This document shows, one piece after another, positions 25,975 through 38,500 of a stretch of DNA of 64,000 bases. This DNA comes from Klebsormidium nitens (lineage: Eukaryota; Plantae; Klebsormidiophyceae): NCBI GenBank assembly GCA_000708835.1, contig DF237178.1, forward strand, positions 1 to 64,000, given 5' to 3'. Every line of letters starts with the position of its first letter. Within the stretch, counting starts at the first letter, position 1. Both the position numbers and the translations under genes were made by a program. The notes beneath the pieces were generated by a model. The model saw only the letters and a program-made list of their open reading frames with translations. It was not told the DNA's origin and did no database searches.

Positions 25975-28320
25975 GGTAGGTAGGTACTAGCAGGGCATTA
26001 ACGTACCGGTATGTGATGCTAGGTACCTATAGGTACTCTGTCAGGCTGTGTTTAATTAGGTACAGTGAGTCGGACGTGACCATCTCGCATCTTTGGGGCA
26101 CGCTGCTGCACGCAGACCTGAGGACCTGAGGTACCTACCTAGGTAGGAACTTGGAAGGCAGCCTAGGCTGCCCGGCCTAGCCCACTGCCCAGCCTAATCG
26201 TCAGAGTTCGGGAGGAATGTAGGTACCTGGGTACTCACAGTTGCGTTTTCTGGTACGTAGGAACAGGCCACTGTACTAGGACTGTACCCAAAGTGCCGTC
26301 ACGGTACGTAGCAGCAGGTACCTCGTACTTCTGTATCGGGAACTAGGTACCGGTATGTAGTATGCACGGTAGTTTGTAGGTAGGTACCTAGGTACTGTAG
26401 GTACCTCAACCGCGTGCGAAGAATCCCGAGTCCAGAGAGAAGTAAGTGCCGCAAGCTCCATGTCGGCCAATGACAAGTTCTGGTGGCGATTAATCAGTCG
26501 CGAAAAATGGCAATGCGCAGCTCCATTGCGTCCGAGATATTTGTACCGATCTAGATACGAGCCGTACGAGGAGCCCGGTGCACGCTGTGACCCAAGAAAT
26601 TTCAATTCGCCGGGCACAGCTGCGGGTATTATTCTACTCAGTAGGGTGCCCGGTACAGCCGAACCGGCGATTGTAGAAGTTTTGCAACCTGTTGCAACTG
26701 CTCCGGCTTCGGATTCCTGGAGAGTTACGGAGTTGCAACTTTAAAATTTCTTTCCTGAACTGTCGCTCAAGTTTTAATGTTGAACGGCAATGGATTGTGG
26801 AGGCGGAAACGGGAGAGGACGTACAGGGGTAATACAAGGCAATGCCACGCGCCTGACGGCGTTTGCTGGCATTGCCAAAAAGCTACTTCAGAGATTCGCT
26901 GATTGGCATCCGGCTGCCCTTCCATTTGTCCTATTCTCGGTACTCGGCACGAAGACAAAACTGTTTTGTCCACCTCGTTGCGCGCCGCGCGCGCCGCGGA
27001 TTCGTTGACAGCGGCTACGAAACCGGTAGGTGCTACTGCCACTGGCCCCCCAGTACAGAGTTTTTGCTTCAAGTTGAACCGGGTTGCTCGGCTTGAGAGA
27101 GGTGAATCCAGTGAAGCTCGCGCAAAAGCACAAGCCGGCGCGCTTGGGCATGTACACATTTGAGATTTCTCCATCAACGGTACAGAGAACGTGCAAGCAT
27201 CCTGATTCGCCATCATTGAAGCGCACTTGATTGTCAGAAGTTGAAGCGTCACAAATTTTTACATGACAATCGTACGGTAGAAAGACCCACCGGCCTGACC
27301 ATGACCCGGGGGCCGGAAGGTGTAATGTGCCCGGGCTGGCCCCCAGTAGAGCCTGGGGGGAGTCGAGCACGGGCCCCGAGCACTGCGGGTTGCTATAGCC
27401 TATAAGGCATTTTAATTGATTGAGAGTGGCGAGGGGCTCGTACCGGGAACTAAACTAAGGGGTCGGTACACCGAGAGGCACGAGTACCGCCCATCCAGAT
27501 CTGCCGGGCAGCCTCGGCGTCCAACGGCGCTCTGGCCCTGCCGTTCAACACGTTCTGAGAGTACGGCCGGTACAGACTGAGGGTTGCGCACTGCGAACGT
27601 CGATTCCCGAACAGCTACCGTACGGCGTACTAGGTGCAGGAGGTACAGGTAGCATGCGCACGGGTGTACCTACCGTATCGATATTCTGCATTATTTTGCT
27701 CCATGATGGGTACCTACCTATCGTAGTCGGGACTTCGTACCGGTACTGCACCAACTGGTTCCTGAAATTCCAGTGAACCCCCGACTTCAGTTCCGAGGAC
27801 CCCCGACTTCTGTTGCCAAATTGTGAACGGTCGGAACTCAAAACAGGGGCCCCGGGGCCCGGCTGCCAGAGCCCGGGGACTTCGTTCAGCAGCGGCGCGG
27901 AAGCTTATCATTTACCTGAGGAATATCTTGGTGTCAGACAGTCAGAAAAACAGTGGATGATGAGCTCACATGCAGCGAGCTCAATACCTATGTACAGTAC
28001 CTAGTCCTAAATTCACCAAGGTTAGGGGTTGAGGGAACATCCGTACCAGGGTTTCCCACGGACTTTTGTCCCGGCCGGCCAGCTGCCGGCACCCCCCCGG
28101 TTCTGCCGGCTGGACAGTCGGTGAATGGCTTAACCGGTCGGCCGTGCCCAGCAAGCGCCTGCATTTTCTGCCGGCTGACCAGCCGGCGGGGTGCCTTCGG
28201 CACCGGCCGGGGTCCCATCTCGGCCGGCCAGGTCCAGGTTCTCTTGCCGGCTGTGGGAAACCCTGATCCGTACTCAGGATACCGGCTTGAGACCGTTCCG
28301 AGCTCATCGTCCCAAATGCA
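25975..28320. other. Non-coding repeat-like region with GTAC/TAGG-saturated islands and a CCGGC-rich end; probable TE-derived sequence
   Basis: About 18 GTAC in 25983-26404 and about 14 in 27438-28045. Perfect palindrome GGCAGCCTAGGCTGCC at 26157-26172. Many CCGGC/GCCGG motifs at 28070-28250. No credible ORF and no TIR/LTR identified. Confidence 0.4.
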
Positions 28321-28399
28321 GTGGCCTGCTTTGTGCCGGGGAGTATGCAGGGATCATCTGAGAGTTGAAAGATTGCTTGCACTGTGAACGTCAGCTTTA

Positions 28400-29640
28400 G
28401 GATCAAGAATTGGCCCCTCACGCCAACTTATGCAGCTCGCAGTCATTTCATATCCATCCCCAGGTGCAGCTCCGGAGCCCAAACGCCATCGCCTTCCAGG
28501 CACTGCAGTCCGGCATATAGAAGCACACAGGCTTGCGCCTTTTTGCTGCACAAACTGTCGGAGGGTTGAGGCGCCGCCAATTGCTGGAACCCAGGTAAGA
28601 AGGATCGGGCGCTAATGCAACTTGGACATCTTTGAAGGTTCTTCCAAACGTGAAAGTTGTGTCTCAAACTTCTTGCTTGCTTTGGTCTAGGCAATGCAGG
28701 ATCTGTTTGGTTTCGATTCTGTGCAATGCGGAGTCTATCCTTGAGCTGCTGGATGGACAATGCTGCCACTTCTGCCAAACGTATGATCTGGATCAAAACA
28801 GATCACAGTGGATAAGGGGACAATGTACTGCTATAAATCATCAAAGCTGGCTTGTAACTTTGTGGAGATTGAATGTGTAACCCAGCTGTGCGTTCTTGTT
28901 ATTCAGCTGAACATTTTGGAAGAATGTATTCAGCACGCTCTTTTGAAGAATTGATCCTTTGCGCATTTTCAGAACTGTGTCTTTCTTGCAATGCTGTAAA
29001 CCAGCGCCGAATCTGCTGCAGCACTCCTGGCCTTATCAATGACATTTAGATTCTGCGTTGAAAAGGAATCCAGTTTCTAAATTGCAGCCACTTTAGCTTG
29101 AAATCTTATGTCATCAAGTGAATCTCCTGGCGCTAGAGCACAGATGGACCTAAGACTGCAGAGTCTGTCATGTCTAGAAGCAAGGTTCCACCTTTTTTTT
29201 CGGTCTGTCTTTACGATGACTTGCAATGAAACACCATCTAGACATCTGAAATCCTATACCTGCAGCACCTGACTTTACGTTGATAAGGAAGGATGAATAA
29301 CACCCTTGGCAAGTCTTAACTCCAGGGTAGTCTTAAGCAAAGGGTCGCAAAGTATGTTCAATACCTGTCATTGACACACTGCATTGTTCTTCGTCGCGTG
29401 TCTCTGTTTTCTATTATTCTTTGGCTGCTCTCAGAAAACTTGATCTGTGGCGCTGACAGTCGATTCCAGTATGATCAGATACATGTCAAGATCTGCATCT
29501 TAAATTCTTTTGTCCTGGACTGACTGTGAGTCCATCTTGTCTTCGCAAGAATGTGAACATAGCTTGTCGCTTCTACTTCTGTGCTTTCTCCGTGACTATT
29601 TTTCACATCACCCGATGTCGACATCCGGCGGCATCATGTA
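28400..29640 (-). pseudogene. Decayed coding-like relic, family unknown
   Basis: AT-shifted and CpG-poor. One minus frame gives long protein-like runs (DTVLKMRKGSILQKSVLNTFFQNVQLNNK...; TFTFGRTFKDVQVALAPDPSYLGSSNWRRLNPP...) interrupted by TGA stops. Confidence 0.3.
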
Positions 29641-29756
29641 AGCTTCATTGATATTCATTGTACCGCGCCAGTCTGCAACTGCATAACAACATCAGCCCTT
29701 GTCCTGAATGCAGGTACCTCCGGAATTCCTACGCTGAAGGGAAGGCATACACCAAC

Positions 29757-32700
29757 ATGAAGTTCTCCAGGAGGTGAGGAGAAAGAGATGTCAAGACCGG
29801 ATCTTTCGCAGGCTGATGCAGAGTAACAGAGGTGCATTTTGAGCAGGTGCAGTGCGTTCGGACAACATGGATCTTTATCGTCATTTTCACGTAATGAAAA
29901 TGTAGTTACTAACAAATTCGCTTTGCTGCCCTTCCCAGCCGATCGATGGCCACTGCTGTGGTGGCGCTCACGTGCCTCTTCAGCCTGGCCGCCGCAAGGC
30001 CGCTTGATGTCTCCAGTAAGTCCTTCGTCATTGCTTTCAATCATCTCTGTGCGCTTTTTTTCACGTTCTCCTGAGTTGCCACTCCTCCAATGCGACTGTC
30101 CCCACACTTTGCACCGTTCAACTTGCATATCACTCTGAAGAACAATTTGTGGTAGGCAATGCGTGTTGCAACTGAATGCACAGTGGATAGCAAGGCAGAG
30201 CGCATTCCGTTAGGTTGCAAAGCACCTCATCCCGCTCCTTTCAACATCTGTACTCCACATTGACATCAGCCTAGAGCGCTTTCCAGATGCTTCAGATGCT
30301 TTCAGAAGACGCTATGAAAGTAACTCCATACCAGCCTGTCCAGTCAAAAAGTTCGAAAAGGTCATTGCCAGAAGCTACAGATCCCAAGCAGGTTTCGTGT
30401 TCCTTTCCTATCAACGTCTGCCAAATGCTTCCAATTGCTTTAGCTAAGCACAAGACTTGTCTCTCTGCAGGCTCCCGCCACCTCCTGCAAGACGGCGTCT
30501 GCCCTCCTCAAATGACGCAGTGCTTCACCACCCCTTACCAGGCCCAGTACTTCTGCTGCGACTCCTCAGCCAATCTGCAATGCTCTGGCGGCCCCGATTT
30601 CCAGTGCTCGTGAGTTTCTGCTGCCTTCATTCAAAGCACTGCCTTTCATCGAACGAGCTGAGCCAATTGTTTGGCCCTCAGGTTGCCTCAGGTTACTATT
30701 CTTGTCGATAGGGGACAGGACCTCAGCCACATAATTCTTTGCAGTCGGTCTCTCAAGAGAAACGGGTGTAAAGTGCCTGCCTTGCCGTTAAGGACCACCG
30801 CAAAATTTGACAAAACTTTTGCCTGGCAGCCTCCTGAAAGGTCCCTTACAGAATGCATGAATCCAGTCGAAGTTGCAAGCCCAAGCCGTTCATGCTGTGC
30901 GCTTTGATTCTCACCTCCGAGATGTCTGTTCTGTCCCACTGGAACTCCTATCGATCAGAAGCCGTCTGAGATCCGGGACTCAACGTTTCTTCCGCCTCTT
31001 TGTGCAGAAACTACATCGACTCCAGTGCACCTCTGGTGCCAGCATCGTTGATCCCAGTGGTTCCGGGACTGGCAACACCGGCGCCTACCGCTGCTGCAAG
31101 GGCGGCAAGCGCCTCGATCCCCTCTCCTACAGACGGTCCCAGCAACCCCTCTCCCACAAACGGCCCCAGCAACCCATCTCCCACAAACGGCCCCAGTAAC
31201 CCATCTCCAACAAACCCCCCCAGTAATCCCTCTACCACAAACCCCCCCAATAACCCGGCTCCGACAAACCCCCCCAACAACCCGGCTCCGACTAACCCCC
31301 CCAACAATCCGGCCCCTACCAACCCCCCCAGTACCCCCGCCCCCGCACAGGACAGCTCCTCTGGCGGAGGCGGTTTCCGCCCTGGTTTCGCTACCTGGTA
31401 CACCGATCCCAACAACGCGAACTACTTCCGTGAGTTTTCGACATGAGACTATTCTGATCTCCATTTTCAGCACCTTTTCAAAGTTCCTCTTTCGATGCTT
31501 GTTCAAGCGAAAGTAGCCTGCACATTGCAGAACTCGACTCTCTCCAGTCTCCTAGAAACGTCAGGGGAGCTCAACCAACTCGTTTGGCTGCAACGACCAC
31601 ATTGCGACTGAGCTTATCATCTATGAAGATCTCCAGACCCTCCAGTCGTCGACCTTCTACGTCTTCAGATTCAGATTTTCAAAGCCGCTCACGTCAAAAC
31701 AAACTCGATCGCGGCCTCATCCAACATTTTCACCTTTCCCCCTTCCTTCCCAGGCACCGCTTGCTACAAGCGGTTTGCGGGTTGTTAGCAAGCGCCACGA
31801 TCATGTTGTTGGCCGCTTGCTAACAACCCTCAGACAAGCCGGACAGCAACATGATCGTGGCGCCTCCCCCTATCTTTCGACTTCCTCAGACTCACCTTCC
31901 GAAGCACCTTATTTAGGAGCAAACCGGTCGACCAGTCCCAATGAGACATTCTCTCTTTTCGCTCTTGTCTTCCCAGGCACCGCGTGCTACTACAACCACC
32001 CGGAGAGCAAGCCGGCCAACACCATGATCGTGGCGCTTCCCCCTTGCTTTCGAAGCACCTTATTCAGAGCGAACCCGTCGACCCGTCCGATTCAACATTC
32101 TCACCTTTCTCTCTTCCATTCCCAGGCACCGCTTGTTACTACAACAACCCGCAGAACAAGCCGGACAACAACATGATTGTGGCCCGCTCCTCTAGCTTTT
32201 CGAGTTCCTCACACTCGAGTTCCCTTGCACATAAAACCACTTCATTCCGACGTCCTCACCTTCTCTTTCCCTTCCCCAGGCACCGCATGCTACTACAACA
32301 ACCGGCAGAACAGATGGACAGCAACATGATCGTGGCGCTCCCCCCCCCACATCTTCAAACTATTTCAGCTTCAAAACCCGAAGGCCCTCGTTTCGAACGC
32401 CTTCTCATTCCACTTCTCACCTTTTTCTGTTCCGCCTCCAGGCACCGCGTGCTACTACAACAACCCGGAGCAAAAGCCGGCCAACAACATGATCGTGGCG
32501 CTGCCCCCCCACATCTTCGGAGTTGGCCCCGGCGCGGGCAACGGCCCCGGATGCGGCACCTACTGGGAGGTCAAGTGCGTTGGCACTCTCAAGCGGATCG
32601 GCGACGGGCTGTACCCGGGTAACGAGCGCGGGGCGTGCGCGACGGACAAGTCGATCATCGTCAAGGGCGGGGACTTGTGCCCGGTGAGTCGTCCCGAGGG

Positions 32701-33566
32701 CCATCGTCATGCTTGCGTTAGAGGCTTTTTAAGTCTTTTCTTTAACCCAAAAACCGTAAGTTCAAAAGTTGATGCTAAGGCCGCTTCTCCAGTGCGTGTC
32801 TTGGTTCGGGCTCGCATCAAAGTCGGCTTTGATATCCCTTGGGGAGAGACATGTCTTTGCAGAAGAACAAGCCCAACTAGGAGTTTGATTGGCGGCCTTT
32901 GCCGGGGCCTGTTAGCCTGGATTCAGTTTTCGCTGGCAGAGACCCGAGAATTTCGAGCCTAAGCGAACTCTGCTACATTGTCGGGCCTCGTTAGATAGGA
33001 CTAGGTGAAGGATCCAGAGTGCCGATGTTCTTGAGGGTTAGTGATTCAAGAAGAGACTGGCCATTGGCACGCACGCACAAGGCCCTGCTCCTATGCGCTA
33101 CTACCGTCTTGGCCTCGCGGACTGGGGCTAGACCTTCTGGCGCGTGCGATTTCTGGGCAGTGCTTGCTCTCAGAGGCGAGCTTAGTCAGCGCTTGGCAGC
33201 CGGACCTCAAAGCAGCCCTTGAAGATCTCGCATCCATCAGTGATGCTTCTCTTTCTCATCCTTCACACTGGCTACTCCTATTCACTCTCCGCAACTCACA
33301 GATTCCGACCTGGATTACGAGAAATGCCTACTCAGCTTGCGCCCGTTGTCCCCCCCTCCTCAAATCTGCTTGTCTCCCGTCCTCAGGAGTGCGATGAGCC
33401 CCGTAACGACATCTGCCAAGCGGCGGACCAGCCTTACTGCCCCGGGCCCGGGGGTTACAGCTCAGGCCAACCGGGGGAGCATTTGGACCTGGCCCTGGCA
33501 GCTTTCCAGGTCATCGGGAACAACCCCCCGGTCACTGGGATCATCAAGATCCTCTTCAGACAGTGA
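29757..33566 (+). CDS. Secreted DPBB (expansin-like EG45 / plant natriuretic peptide-like) protein with N-terminal 6-Cys module and Pro/Asn/Thr linker
   Basis: Exons 29757-29773, 29939-30015, 30471-30609, 31008-31429, 32442-32683, 33387-33566. Signal peptide MKFSRSRSMATAVVALTCLFSLAAA and propeptide-like SRHLLQ. DPBB hallmarks ATWYT...TACY...MIVAL...GCGTYWEVKC...IIVKGGDLCP...HLDLALAAFQVI...GIIKILFRQ*. Confidence 0.82.
31130..31340 (+). repeat. Coding 24-bp tandem repeat (P-S/N-N-P-S/A-P-T-N octapeptide, ~8 copies)
   Basis: Translation GPSNPSPTN GPSNPSPTN ... PPNNPAPTN PPNNPAPTN within exon 31008-31429. Confidence 0.9.
31700..32520 (+). repeat. Five-copy ~150-220-bp array spanning a 3' splice site and the first ~80 nt of the DPBB exon
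   Basis: CCAG|GCACCGCNTGYTAC...AACA(A/C)CATGAT(C/T)GTGGC with the acceptor G at 31753, 31976, 32125, 32279 and 32441. Confidence 0.92.
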
Positions 33567-35534
33567 GTCGTGCGGCCCTTCGCCCTGTGTGCAGTTAGTA
33601 ATTTGGCTTGCTACTTCGCAAGAGTGGCCAGACTTCCGCGTCTGGAAAGCAGTCTTACTGAAGTCGTGAGCCGTTTACTGGAAAAGGAAGGTCGGCTCTA
33701 ATTGTTTTGGAGAACCACTCCGCCGAGCTTTATCCTATCAGACTAGCCTACCATCTGTCCGTTGGATTAACCGCAGAGGGTGGTAAATGGTCGAGCCTCT
33801 TTCTTCCGTCTTCGAACTTCGCTGCAACTTTTCTCAGGATTGGGCTGTGGACCAGTGCCAAAACGTGTGCTTTTTATGAAAGTTCAAGGTCGCCAAACTC
33901 TTCTGATGCCTGCAGGGTTGGCGCCGTCCCGGACAGCCAGCTGGGCGTACCGTTTTAAGCGCTTACCGGCTATTTATTACCGCCCTGTCGCTGCACTTTC
34001 AAAGATGACACTTGCAGAGCAACGGATGAGCTATTATTGGTCTCTTCTCGAGACTCGCTTAGCGCACGCCGGCTAGATACTGGGTGAAGAAAACCGAACG
34101 GTGAACAGCAATTTATTAGGGCGTCGATGTTGGGTCCAAGGAGCGTGCCACAAACGATGACATTCTTTACGAGCAAGCCAGCAACGTCTTGATGCCGAGA
34201 ACGGCTTTGCTTGATGGGCGCACCGCGATTAGTTTGTGCAATTAGATTCGTCAATTAAGGGTCAACTTTATCGTTGGCATCCGCAGACGGTGCTTACAGT
34301 TTTCTACTGCCTATTTATGGGGGCCAATCGTCTCGGGAACAAACAGATTACAGCCGTTTATTACTATTCGTCAGAGTGGAGTACCATTACTACGGACCAT
34401 TATTGGACAGCAAGGTACATTACACAATTAGCATTAATTAAGGACACGAAATCGACAGACGCGTCACGTCGGTCATGGATTGTTATTTGGTCTAAGGACA
34501 CATGAGAACGCAGAACGTCGTAGGTCGAAGTAAATAAATTGGGATTGCCAGGCGGCCTAGCTAGGTAAACACAGAAGCCTAAGCGATCGCGCGCGGCCTA
34601 AGTAATTGCAAAAGCTCTGCTTGTGTTCGCTAGCTGAATCTCTGGCTCGATTGTCAATCAGATATGCGAGTCGAGTTGCAAATATAAGGTCATTGCTTTT
34701 GTTTTCGCGGATCCGATGCCAGCCTGCCTGTTTTGTCCCGTAACTTTACAGTCTCTAGCTTTACTTCCATTTTTGGCTTACTTCCGCTCATTGCAGACGC
34801 TGACAAGCGCGTGTGGTCTAATTTACACAAGGTATCCTGGAAGCTCTACCCGATCCTCCATGAAATTACGCCGCATATGGCGCTGTATTTAGGTAGTGTG
34901 AGATGCCGTGACCTGTTATTCGACCGGAGCGTGAGTCAGACTCACATGAAGCTTGCATATGCTGCATGTACGGCCTAGTTAGCTTGTAGCATACCGCTAT
35001 AGCGCAGCTAGCTACATGGAGTCAAAGAATGTCTCGATCCGGACATGGCGAATTTCACGCGTCATGACGGTTTCCCAACTTTGTCTGACGTGAGCCAATG
35101 TTTGATTCTTGATACCATGAGCGTCAAATCCAGCAATGATTCCATGCCGCGGAGGGTGCTGGAACTTCCAACACATCAAGGCCAAAATCTACACTGGCAC
35201 ACACGCCATGCCGTTTCAGAGGCACCCAACTCAAGTTTCTTTAGGAACGACTTCCACTCAAGTCTGATCAATTACGTATTTGACTGCATCACTTACCAAT
35301 GTAAGGTCGCGCTGACATTGAGCTTCGTACGGTTCTCTCCGTCCAGCACAGATATTGCTACTTATGCCTTGTCCAGGCAACCAGAATCTAACAGGAGCTT
35401 CTATTCTTCGTCAGCATTGACTGCCTATCTACCAGCACCTATAGTCAAAACTAATAACCCAATACAAGCAAGTTGCGCACTCAATCAAAGCCGGCTTTCC
35501 AATTCGGAAAAGCCGGGCACAGATGCGGCTTTTG

Positions 35535-38500
35535 TTATGAACCCGTTTTACCGGCCCCTTTATTTGGGGCGAAGTCTTCCAACTCGGCTCCCATAGCGGC
35601 TCGTAGTTTCGGAACTCGAGCAGCCTGCACGCAGAATGCATAGCTCAGTCCACGTCCACAATTTGTCTCCATTTGCTTCTGCTTCATCAATTGCTCGTTC
35701 TTCTAGCTTACTGGTCCTCCAATCGGCGCAGAAATACATACAGGGACCGGACCAGAAGCCCACATCTGGATTCATGGTTGAAAACGAAATTTTCGAAGTT
35801 CAAATGCAGTCGGGACAGAGGACTGAGAAGAGAAGAAAATGGAGAACGTCTAGAATATCCACACGACAAAAACGGTCCAAACGAAATTCAAGGCAGAAGC
35901 GAAAAGCAGCACAGCTTTCTGCGGCGCATCAACGGGCTGTACGAGGGAAACTGGTCTAAATAAAGATCTCAGCACAGTCATCAAGAAAGCGAACGCAGGC
36001 ACGCTTGATAATGAGGTTTATTGCTTTAAAGCCTCTCGGAAGGGTTTTCCACGAGAATCTTGCAAACTCTTGAGTCTGGGACAATTGCGTGTGAAGACTC
36101 TTCACTTCAAAATGTACAAAGAGCGTGGGCGGTGTGCCAAGTTGTGACCTTTCTCTTCAAGAGACCTCTGATAAGCACGGCGCAGCGGCTACGTACCAAC
36201 GTTTTATACAGCCGCGTGTAGCGCGCGCGCGTCCCGTCCGGCGTCCGCGCCATCGCCAGCTGGACCAGGTCCGGGGGCACGTGCCCCAGGGTGTGCTTAA
36301 TCTGGTCCATATCCATCCCCCCCAAAACGCCGGGGACCGGTAACACCGCCACTTTCCCGTTCCCGCTCTGCACCGCCAAATCCAGCTTGTCGTTCGCGCC
36401 ACACTTCACGACCACCGGCTCCGTCACCCCGTTGCTAAACTGGACGACGCTCCACTGGATCGCCTGCATCCCGTCCCCCCCCCGGGTCGGCTGCGGATCC
36501 TCCCCCCCGGCGGGAGTGACATCTGCGTTGTTCGCGGTGCTCCCCTCGGACGACGAGACCTCCGGGGGGGGGTCGGGCGCCGCGTCCGGGAGCTCCTCCC
36601 GCGCCGCCTCGATGCACTCGTCCACGACCGCGCGGTCGGCCGGGGCGAGGGCCCCCGACTGCAACACCAGCGTCTCCAGCTTCGCGCTCAGTGCCCGGTG
36701 GTTCGCCCCGGGGGACTGCAGCGCTTCCGTGACCACCGCCTCGAGCCCGATCAAGAGCTCCTCCAGCAGCGCGAGCGAGTCGATGCGCGTCTGTTCCGCG
36801 GAGACCTCGTCGAGCCGGCGCAGCGCGAGGGTCGCGTGGGCCGGGGGGAGGAGCGAGGGATCCCCCGCGATCTGGTGCCGGATGCGTTGCCGGCGGTGCT
36901 CGATGGTCTCGAGCCCCGCACGCAGGCGCGCGATTGCGGGCAGGTCCTCCGCCTCCTCGGACGCAAGCGTCCCCGCCAGGTCCTCCAGGTGCTGCGACGG
37001 GGAAAGCAGAAAACGTTAGCTATGACGTCAGGGGTAGGATCACAACATGAAGGCCTGGAAGCCGTTGTTTTTGGGTGGCAGATGGACAGAAAACTGCCTG
37101 ATCCAGTAACGCCAACCCGTATTTACCACCGAGAATCCCGTGTCAACCATGCCCACCTCTAGTTACGCCTCATACGCCTCAAGGGCGCAGTTGCTCACAG
37201 ATGTCCAAGCTCTTCTCTCAGACACTCGCACTGGCTCCACCTGGAAATGTTCAGCTTCTACCTCTCCAGGCATTCTTGAGAGCCGCCTGTACTGCTATTT
37301 TCCTCAAAGTGCAAGGGCAGGACATTACCACACCCACCTCTAGTTGCGCCTCGTACACCTTGAGCGCGTAGTCGCTCAGCAGCTGTCCGAGCGCGTCCGA
37401 ACTCCCCAGCACCGTCACGCCCAGGCCCGCCATCCAGCCCTCCATGATGGCCGCCGTCAGGACGTCCGTTTCGGACGGCTGCCCGTTGAACCCGGTGATA
37501 TTCAGGAACTCGAAGTGGTCCGCGATCCAGCTGCGCAGGCGGGACGTGAGCTCGCCCGCGAGCGTGTGCGCAAACAGGGCCGCCATTGCCTGCGGGGTTT
37601 TCAAATTCGGGGGTTTGGGGTTGAGGTTTGCGATGTGGGGTAGGGTTTAGGGTTGAGGCTTGCGATGTATGGGGTAGGGTTTAGGACTAGGTTAAAGGAT
37701 TCTGAGACTTGTTGATGCCGGCGAGTGGTAGGTGCACGAGTTGGGTGCCATCGCTATGAAGAGGTGAAATGCGGCCCAACGGCCAGTGTGTGCGCAAAGA
37801 GGGCATGCCTCGCCTGCAAGGCTAGCAGATTTGTGTCGGAAAGGTTTCAGCCGTTTGATGAGGTAACAAGCCAGAGAATTGTAGGAATAGGGCTGGCGCC
37901 CGTCCTCGCCATTGAACTTTCAGACCTCACAGAAGTTTGAAGGCGTCAGGAGAGCCAGCAAATCAATGCCCCGTCAGGGGCGCCGTCGGCTGCGCAGGCG
38001 CTGAGGCGCTGTGGTGTCAAGTATCTGGGCATATTCCAAGATCCGCAAACATTCTTGAGGAAATTTGCCCCATCGTTTGCAGCAGCGGCAGGGCTCAAGA
38101 AAATATGCAACCAGATATTGAAAGACCGAAGCGTTGGCGAAATCACGATCTAGACTGTCAACATCTGCGGGACTAAGGGAGGCGATGTCGAACCAGACTC
38201 CTAGCCTGCTTACTCCGACCCCGGAAACCTGTTCGCTCGGGCCCAACCTGTTCACTCCAAAGATCCGGTGCCGCTACCGCACCTTCTTTTTGGTCGTGAG
38301 TTTGCACACAGCCTGCTTGACCTTCTCCAACTTACACAACCGGGAACTCGCAAGATCGCATAATCCTACACCCAGAAGGGGAAAAAACCCTAACCACTAT
38401 CAATCACCCACCTTGTTTCCGGTCGCGTAGATGCGTGCGTCCTGCTTGACCTGCTCCGCCTTGCCCTCCGCGAGATGTCCCCCCTCCGCCTCCACCTTCT

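Noticed and set aside
35045-35596. 183-aa plus-strand ORF
   Set aside because: No recognisable domain or exon-like GC3 bias, and it overlaps the last KAC exon in antisense.
38200-38335. Possible echo of KAC exon sequence (CCTGCTTGACCT) in the downstream intron
   Set aside because: The match is only ~12-20 nt with mismatches and lacks the splice site; too weak to count.
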